51,207 nucleotides of DNA from an uncultured Candidatus Nitrosotenuis sp. (lineage in GTDB: Archaea; Thermoproteota; Nitrososphaeria; Nitrososphaerales; Nitrosopumilaceae), in contig CAZITM010000002.1 of assembly GCA_964542205.1 (NCBI GenBank), forward strand, positions 1 to 51,207. The letters run 5' to 3'. The notes beneath the pieces were generated by a model. That model searched no databases. It worked only from the letters and a program-made list of their open reading frames with translations, and was not told the origin of the DNA. Shown here piece by piece: positions 45,064 through 51,207 of the stretch. Both the position numbers and the translations under genes were made by a program. How positions within the stretch are numbered: the first letter of the stretch is position 1; the number at the start of each line of letters is the position of its first letter.

Positions 45064-46289
45064 GCAAGTCTTGATTCAAGCTGTCTTCTGATAAGCTTTA
45101 CTATCTGTTCCTTAGTCTTCCTGCCGGTGCTGATTATTTTGGAATCATCTACAATCAGGACCTCGTTGTAGTTGGTATTTTTTGCGTATCTTGTTCCAAC
45201 GTCGTTTGCAATTATCATGTCGGCCTTGGATTCTCTGAGTCTCTTTTTTGCCGACTCGACAAGCTTCTGCCTTGAGACGTTTGCTTCTGCCTTGAATCCT
45301 ACAAGGAACGTGTCTTTTTGTAGCTTCTTTACATGATCAATTATCTTTGGTGCCTTTTGCAGCCTGATCGTCAGATCTTTTTTTGTGCTCTTGATCTTTG
45401 ACTTTTGCGGCTGGACTGTATAGTCAGCAGCGGCCGCAGACAAAATCACGACATCAAATTTCCTTGCCTTGAGCTCCTTTGTTGTGGCAGAAAACATCTC
45501 GCCTACGGTCCTAACTGGGATCACTCTTGCGCCCCTTGGTGGATCCTCAACTCCGGGGCCATACACCAATGTTACCTTGCACCCTGCTGATATCAGCTCG
45601 GCGGCAAGTAAAACACCGGTTTTTCCAGTACTGGTATTAGTAATCACACGTATGGGATCGATTGGCTCCACGGTGGGGCCTGCTGTGATCAGCACCTTTT
45701 TTCCTGCCAATATCGACGAATGACCAAATCTTTTGAGGATGTATTCCAGCACATCCTCAGGCTCTGCAGCCTTTGCCTTTCCTTCTACCATGTTTGGCCT
45801 TATGAACTCGATTTTGCCCTTCAAAAATTCCATGTTGCGGAGAACCGCGGCATTTTCATACATTGATTCATGCATTGCAAGCGCCATCAAAATTGGAATC
45901 TTTGCACCAAAGCCTACAGTAAGTACAGTCGATACCGGCGTGTCGTCTATTCCGTTTGCCAGCTTGCCAAGCGTGTTTGCAGTTGCAGGATACACCAAGA
46001 TGAGGTCGGCCTGTCCATAATCTGCCAGTCTGATGTGCTCAAGTTCACCTGTCAGCTTTGTTATTACCTTGTTTCCGGTTGCCCACTTGAAATAGTCTGG
46101 CTGGATAAGTTTTGTGACTGCTTCGCTTGCAACACAAGTCACATCCGCGCCATGTCTCATCAAGAGCCTTGCAAGCTCGATTGCCTTGTATGCTGCAACA
46201 CTTCCTGCCACACAAAAGACAATTTTTTTCCCTGAGAGCTCCGTGCCATACGATTCCACTATATCCAAAGACGGATGCTCTCTAGCCAA
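45060..46289 (-). CDS. coaBC: Bifunctional phosphopantothenoylcysteine decarboxylase/synthetase
   Basis: GSVAAYKA, PATANTLGK.A.GI.D, TAGPT.EPIDPIR.I.N.STGK, AAAADY and VGFKAE motifs. Start re-assigned to the TTG at 46289. Confidence 0.95.
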   Translation of the reverse strand: MAREHPSLDIVESYGTELSGKKIVFCVAGSVAAYKAIELARLLMRHGADVTCVASEAVTKLIQPDYFKWATGNKVITKLTGELEHIRLADYGQADLILVYPATANTLGKLANGIDDTPVSTVLTVGFGAKIPILMALAMHESMYENAAVLRNMEFLKGKIEFIRPNMVEGKAKAAEPEDVLEYILKRFGHSSILAGKKVLITAGPTVEPIDPIRVITNTSTGKTGVLLAAELISAGCKVTLVYGPGVEDPPRGARVIPVRTVGEMFSATTKELKARKFDVVILSAAAADYTVQPQKSKIKSTKKDLTIRLQKAPKIIDHVKKLQKDTFLVGFKAEANVSRQKLVESAKKRLRESKADMIIANDVGTRYAKNTNYNEVLIVDDSKIISTGRKTKEQIVKLIRRQLESRLA

Positions 46290-47118
46290 TTTCTCTCTGC
46301 AGCTTGTCAAGCTCCGTTCTGTCCATCGAAAACCAGTTTTCCTTTGCGGGGAACTTGCCGGATTCCACATCTAGTCTATATCTTGTCAGCGCCTTTGTAA
46401 TGTCGGCAGATAGCGAAAGATACTGCTTTACAAATTTCGGCTTGAGCTTGTCATACATTCCTAAAACATCATGGATCACCAGTACCTGGCCGTCGCAATG
46501 TTTGCCAGAGCCAATCCCAATTGTCGGAATGGAGACGCTTTCTGAAATTATCTTTGCTACCTCAGATGTCACCATTTCCAGCACAATGCTGAACGCACCA
46601 GCTTCTTCTAGCGCCTTTGCGTCCTCGATTAGAGTCATAGCAGCATCCTTTGTCTTTGCCTGGACTCGGTACCCCTGGGCTAACGTGGTAGTCTGAGGCT
46701 GAAATCCAATATGTCCCATCACCGAAATGCCCGTCTCCACAATTGCGCGAATCGTTGGCGTCACAACCTTTCCACCCTCAAGCTTTACTGCGTCAGCTCC
46801 TGCCTTGATCAGTCTGCCGGAATTTGCAATCGCATCTGACACACTTGCCTGGTACGACATAAACGGCATGTCTGCAACAACTAGCGCGCTTTGTCTTGCG
46901 CGGCTGACGGCCTCTGTAAACAAGACCATCTGGTCCATCGTAACTGGAATCGTGTTCTCATATCCAAGCATCACCATTCCGGCACTATCGCCCACAAGCA
47001 AAATATCGATTCCGGCCCTGTCGCACAGTGCGCCAAGGGTGTAGTCATATGCAGTTATTACGGAGATCTTTTGGCCTGCCTTTTTTTTGTCGATTATGTC
47101 CCTGACTGACTTATGCAC
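46282..47118 (-). CDS. panB: 3-methyl-2-oxobutanoate hydroxymethyltransferase
   Basis: TAYD, LVGDS, DMPFMSY, VKLEGG and GIGSG..CDGQVLV motifs. Confidence 0.96.
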   Translation of the reverse strand: MHKSVRDIIDKKKAGQKISVITAYDYTLGALCDRAGIDILLVGDSAGMVMLGYENTIPVTMDQMVLFTEAVSRARQSALVVADMPFMSYQASVSDAIANSGRLIKAGADAVKLEGGKVVTPTIRAIVETGISVMGHIGFQPQTTTLAQGYRVQAKTKDAAMTLIEDAKALEEAGAFSIVLEMVTSEVAKIISESVSIPTIGIGSGKHCDGQVLVIHDVLGMYDKLKPKFVKQYLSLSADITKALTRYRLDVESGKFPAKENWFSMDRTELDKLQREIG

Positions 47119-47857
47119 GCACAGCCCTCCTTGTCAGATTTTTTCTTATCTCAATAATGGAGTGGGCCAGATTTTTCTTGTTGTCAAACGGAATTTCTGA
47201 GGGGTTTTTTGTTTTCTTACAGACAGAGATGAGCTCCCGGATTCCGCGGACGACATTGTCAACTATTGCAATGTCTGCAGTCTGTGCCGTTCTGGAAAGG
47301 GGGTTCAGATCAAACGTGATGACTTTTTTTCCTGCCTTTTTTAGCGCAAGTGTGCGATCTCCGTCCTCAAGTGGCACTACAACCACATCTGCCAGATAAA
47401 TTCCATTTCTGTCTACTATTCTTCGCGCGCTGTCAAGGCCTGACAATTTTCTAGAGTTCTTCCTGTCCAGACCAAGGACTGCCTTTGCACCGTTTTTTTT
47501 CAAGGCCTTGAAAATGTTCTGCCTTCTTTTTTCGCTTGCATAAAACAGGTTTATCTCGATTTTTGCGCCCGTAACCCTGGCAAGCTCGACTATTTCTTTT
47601 GGGCAAAGCCCGGCAATGTTGCCGTTTACCGATATTACAGGCGCTTTTGCCAAAAGGAGCATTACCGCCGCAGCCTTGATTGCCTTTTTTGCGGCCTTTG
47701 AGGTGCGCTCGCCAATAAGATAGTCAAACGCTTCGCCCCTTCCATGCGCCATGAGGCCTTCCTTTGCCACAAGCCCAGAGTCAAACGCATGCACCAGTCT
47801 CTCTCGTATGTATAGGGACTTGGCACGCGGATGGGATTTTGGGATGACAGGTTTCAT
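47111..47857 (-). CDS. pps: Phosphopantothenate synthetase (4-phosphopantoate--beta-alanine ligase)
   Basis: IPKSHPR..SL, AHGRGEAFDYLIGE, VPLEDGDR and DLNPLSRT motifs. Confidence 0.95.
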   Translation of the reverse strand: MKPVIPKSHPRAKSLYIRERLVHAFDSGLVAKEGLMAHGRGEAFDYLIGERTSKAAKKAIKAAAVMLLLAKAPVISVNGNIAGLCPKEIVELARVTGAKIEINLFYASEKRRQNIFKALKKNGAKAVLGLDRKNSRKLSGLDSARRIVDRNGIYLADVVVVPLEDGDRTLALKKAGKKVITFDLNPLSRTAQTADIAIVDNVVRGIRELISVCKKTKNPSEIPFDNKKNLAHSIIEIRKNLTRRAVRA

Positions 47858-48754
47858 TTAGCTTACTAGCCTTGCTCCAATGTCGTCGATTTTTGATCTA
47901 ATGATTATTCCATCTGGATATTTTTCTAAAATCTCAATTGCCTTTTCTTCTAGATCCTCCGGAACCAGTGTAAAGATAGTCTCGCCAAAAAGCGCGACAC
48001 CAGATTTTATTCCATGTGACCTGAGATCCTCAATCACCGTCTTCATCTTTGGCGTGATGATGCTTACATAATTTGCAAACTCGATGGAAAATTCGTGGAA
48101 CTGGTTTATGTCTTTTGTTTCTACCAGCTTGTTCACCATCTTTCCGCCAAGGCCGTTAATTGATGCAAGTCTTTCCTTTAGGAACTGTTTTGTAGAAATT
48201 GGAGAAAAACAGATCATCACCGCAGTGTGTTCTGTTGTGGGGATCTTTTTGAGCTGGCCTATACCGGGGGCCCCTCCCCTTGTCCTTATTTCAAAGCCAC
48301 CATGATATGACGCCAGTACATCGCCAAGGCCTGTCCTGCATATTACCTCGGCGTTGTGAGCCATTTTGCCAAGCTGTTCTTTTGAAAACCCAGTCCCAAA
48401 CGCCTCGTTGAGCGCATATGAAAGTGATAGTGCAACTGCCGCAGAACAGCCAAGGCCATACCCAACTGGAACCCTGATGTCGTGGTGCACATTTACAAAA
48501 TAATTACCGTCAAGATTTTTCAAAAACTCTCTGACGACAAACTCGGAGACCTGCGTATTGTCCGGCTTGTACCCTGAAACCACGATCTTAATGTCTGTAA
48601 ACTCGGAGTATTCGACTTCTACGGTTGTTGTGACTCCTTTTTCGATTGAAAAGCCGGCGCCAAGCGAGCCCTGATGTTCTGGCTTTTTGGTCTCGTCCAT
48701 CTCTGCTTTGAAGAATCCCGTAATGTGCGCTGGACTGAATGCCGACCCCTTCAT
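47858..48754 (-). CDS. pok: Pantoate kinase (GHMP family)
   Basis: AFSPAHITGFF, GSLGAG, PVGYGLGCS and AH.AEV...TGLGDV motifs; first gene of the pok-pps-panB-coaBC operon. Confidence 0.93.
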   Translation of the reverse strand: MKGSAFSPAHITGFFKAEMDETKKPEHQGSLGAGFSIEKGVTTTVEVEYSEFTDIKIVVSGYKPDNTQVSEFVVREFLKNLDGNYFVNVHHDIRVPVGYGLGCSAAVALSLSYALNEAFGTGFSKEQLGKMAHNAEVICRTGLGDVLASYHGGFEIRTRGGAPGIGQLKKIPTTEHTAVMICFSPISTKQFLKERLASINGLGGKMVNKLVETKDINQFHEFSIEFANYVSIITPKMKTVIEDLRSHGIKSGVALFGETIFTLVPEDLEEKAIEILEKYPDGIIIRSKIDDIGARLVS

Positions 48755-48821
48755 CCTGATCTGAATTTAAATTTGCCCAAAAATATAAGAATACGGCTTA
48801 AATTAATTAAATGAGTATAAA

Positions 48822-49799
48822 TTGCCTAAATTCATTCGACGCCTGCAAAAGATAGGAAGCAGCATCCTAGTATCGCTGCCAAAGGAATGGGTCGAGGCAA
48901 ACAATCTTGACAAGAGCGCCGAAGTTGAGCTGGAGACCTCTGAGAACTCTGTCTCTATTACAGCAAACAAATCCGAGCGGCCATCAAAAGAAGTCGTAAT
49001 ATCGTATCCGCTGCCACAGGATGAAAACATTGTCGCAAACATTACTGGAGCATATCTCCTTGGGTATGACATAATTCGGATAAAGGCAAAGACCAGCATC
49101 CCAAGCGAAGATAGAGAAAAAATCCGAAACTCGATGAGACGCCTTGTTGGGATGGAAATTGTAGAAGAAGACTCTTCAAACATAAACGTGCAGTTTCTCC
49201 TAGATGCGGCAACACTGAATCCGGAAAAAATTCTAAAAAGAATAAGCTCAATCGCGCTTGGAATGTTCAATGATGTCTCGCAAGGGCTCATCTCAGATGA
49301 CAGATCAAATCTCCAGACACTCTCAAACCGCGACGACGAAGTGGACAGGCAGTATTTTCTGCTGGTGAGGCTTATCCGCTCTACTATTAGCGACAAGAGA
49401 CTAGCATCAGCATTCCATCTTGAAAATATTGATGTCCTGGATTACAGAATCGCAGCAAATATTTTGGAGACTACAAGCGATACCCTAGTAGAGATAGCAA
49501 ACTCTATCTCAAATACAACACTTTCAAAAAACGACCTAAAGAAAATCTACGAGCTGACAAAAGACATCGAGCAGATCCACCAAAAATCAATCGATGCATT
49601 CATTGAGCAAAACAGGAGGCTTGCAATCGAGGCAATATCAAGCCACAGAAAATTCCAGAAAAAAATCTCCGATGTTAGATCCTCGATCGAGCAAAAAAAT
49701 CAACTACAGATAAATCTCTTGGATTTGCTCTACATGTTCGAGGGAATATCAAAGTCTTGGGCTGACATTGCGGATCTAGTCAAGCCGATATACAACTAG
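48822..49799 (+). CDS. Phosphate uptake regulator (AbrB N-domain plus PhoU repeats)
   Basis: [26 protein letters not shown] and [10 protein letters not shown] motifs. Confidence 0.88.
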   Translation: MPKFIRRLQKIGSSILVSLPKEWVEANNLDKSAEVELETSENSVSITANKSERPSKEVVISYPLPQDENIVANITGAYLLGYDIIRIKAKTSIPSEDREKIRNSMRRLVGMEIVEEDSSNINVQFLLDAATLNPEKILKRISSIALGMFNDVSQGLISDDRSNLQTLSNRDDEVDRQYFLLVRLIRSTISDKRLASAFHLENIDVLDYRIAANILETTSDTLVEIANSISNTTLSKNDLKKIYELTKDIEQIHQKSIDAFIEQNRRLAIEAISSHRKFQKKISDVRSSIEQKNQLQINLLDLLYMFEGISKSWADIADLVKPIYN

Positions 49800-50311
49800 A
49801 GCATTCTATTTTTTGCAGCATAGGTCAAAACGGCACAGATCGTCTTGGAGTCTATTATCTTGCCTGACTTTATCATGCCGATTAGTTTCTTTAGGTCTAT
49901 TTTGACTACGGACATTATCTCGTCTTCGTCAAGTGCCTGGCCTGTGACCTTTTTGACCCTCTTTGCCACAAAACAATGGATTGCCTCTTTGTTGTAGCCT
50001 ACTGATGGATAATACGTGATAAGGCGCGTAAGCGTGCGTGCCCGATAGCCAGTTTCTTCTTGGATTTCCCGCAGCGCGCACCTTTCCGGCCTTTCTCCAC
50101 GCTCAAGTGTGCCTGCCGGAATCTCCAAAATGTAGCCGTGGCCGAACCTGTGCTGCTTTACGAGAATGACCTTTCCCTTTTCATCAAATGCCAAAATCGC
50201 AGCAGCTCCCCTGTGCTCGACTATTTCTCGTACTACCTTTTTTCCCCGTATTTTAAATTCGTAAAGATTCAGGCCTAAAATCTTGCCATCATAAATTCTC
50301 TTTTTTCTCAT
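49796..50311 (-). CDS. NUDIX hydrolase (ADP-ribose pyrophosphatase-like)
   Basis: [10 protein letters not shown]....[10 protein letters not shown] Nudix box; DEDE and I.DSKT motifs. Confidence 0.92.
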   Translation of the reverse strand: MRKKRIYDGKILGLNLYEFKIRGKKVVREIVEHRGAAAILAFDEKGKVILVKQHRFGHGYILEIPAGTLERGERPERCALREIQEETGYRARTLTRLITYYPSVGYNKEAIHCFVAKRVKKVTGQALDEDEIMSVVKIDLKKLIGMIKSGKIIDSKTICAVLTYAAKNRML

Positions 50312-50334
50312 TTGCCGTTCTTTCTAATCAGACA

Positions 50335-51207
50335 TTAATTAATGGTTTGATAAGACAGGTGAAGCCTTCTGGAAGATTTCGATGCCTTGATTGCACTCAT
50401 CGCCCATTTTTGGGGGAACGTGATCTTTTTTGGAATGAAAAGATCTGCGCTTGCAACGCCGGTTATGTTTCGCACCTGCTGCGTAATGTTGTCCAGCTCA
50501 AAAATGTTGTTGCTGTGCAAAAACAAAACTATCTGGTTTTTTGCGACAAAGGGTTTCTGCAAAAACGAAGATGAAAATTCCTTTTTTAACATTTTTAGAG
50601 TCTCACCCATGTTTCCACTTACCCACACCAAGACAGCAAAAGGAATGTACTGTCCGAATTTGGCCGGGTTGTAAATCAAGGTAAACTGGATAGCTTCATC
50701 ATTCTGGAGTTTTTTAAGAGATCTTGCGATGGTCTTTGTTGAGAGCTTTGTCGTTTTTGCCATGTCGTCTATTTTTGATCTGGGGTTATTCAAAAGCTGG
50801 CCGATTATCTCCACATCCGTCTTTGTAAGGTCTGATCTGATCCCAGGGTTTTCTGCCTCAAATATAGAAAGTAATCGCACATCTCGCATCAGATTTTTTG
50901 CAAGCTCGATTTTCTGCGATGTGTTTTCTCTTACCACAATTGCACACACAGTTATTCCGCCAACGCAAGGAACCACAAAGAATGGCTCGCCAACCAGCTC
51001 GACTTGTTTTAGAATCTCGTCTATGTTTTGGCCTGTAACTACAACATAAAGTACGTTGTACCCCAAAACGGTGGGTTCGATCTTTAACGCGAAATTCTCA
51101 ATTGTGCCGTTTTTGATCATTTTTTCAATCCTTGATTTTACAGCAGCGCCGGAAATCCCAATTTTGTTACCTATCTGCCTGTCAGACTCGCGGCAGTTGT
51201 CAAGCAG
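50335..51207 (-). CDS. AsnC/Lrp-family regulator with duplicated wHTH domains, 5' end outside the window
   Basis: Frame is open to the window edge (LLDNCRESDRQIGNKIGISGAAVKSRIEKM...). Second HTH at 'LLNNPRSKIDDMAKTTKLSTKTIARSL'. Confidence 0.88.
   Translation of the reverse strand: MLDNCRESDRQIGNKIGISGAAVKSRIEKMIKNGTIENFALKIEPTVLGYNVLYVVVTGQNIDEILKQVELVGEPFFVVPCVGGITVCAIVVRENTSQKIELAKNLMRDVRLLSIFEAENPGIRSDLTKTDVEIIGQLLNNPRSKIDDMAKTTKLSTKTIARSLKKLQNDEAIQFTLIYNPAKFGQYIPFAVLVWVSGNMGETLKMLKKEFSSSFLQKPFVAKNQIVLFLHSNNIFELDNITQQVRNITGVASADLFIPKKITFPQKWAMSAIKASKSSRRLHLSYQTIN

Noticed and set aside
45060-46289. CoaC domain lacks the bacterial 'LACG' catalytic-Cys clamp
   Set aside because: This is a recognised feature of archaeal CoaBC/Dfp proteins, not a defect or novelty.
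45060-48754. pok-pps-panB-coaBC operon
   Set aside because: Standard archaeal CoA biosynthesis route.
1-51207. CRISPR arrays, rRNA, provirus, reverse transcriptase/DGR
   Set aside because: No regularly spaced repeats, rRNA-like sequence, viral hallmark genes or RT motifs were seen by eye. Dispersed or degenerate repeats could have been missed without a self-alignment.

Overview
Archaeal chromosomal segment, almost certainly from an ammonia-oxidising archaeon (Nitrososphaerota/Thaumarchaeota, Nitrosopumilales; Nitrosotenuis-like by inference). The assignment rests on archaeal PCNA, TFS, RpoL, Cdc48, the PoK/PPS CoA route, PEF-CTERM and CFI-box-CTERM proteins, and leaderless genes with TATA boxes about 25-30 nt upstream. 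Most of the window is dense housekeeping DNA: NAD, CoA and cobalamin cofactor genes, TyrRS, aspartate kinase, the hsp20-cdc48 operon and several redox enzymes. It carries two tRNAs, tRNA-Val(GAC) with an atypical C33 and tRNA-Arg(CCT) with a 19-nt D-loop intron, and one TnpB-only IS200/IS605 element. Best leads: (1) rejoining the element's flanks rebuilds a TATA box 22-29 nt upstream of a degT-mtrA operon, so the element appears to sit inside that promoter; (2) an uncalled 39-aa, 8-Cys/3-His metallothionein-like ORF plus several other Cys/His microproteins; (3) a pfkB-dUTPase >< mtrA-degT cluster with a soluble MtrA-like corrinoid protein in a non-methanogen; (4) a DinG-like helicase / PARP-type zinc finger / orphan adenine methyltransferase trio; (5) a possible Arcadin-1 homolog; (6) a secreted protein ending in KHDTVKNSISNIR. 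No database searches were run, and family calls come from motif recognition.
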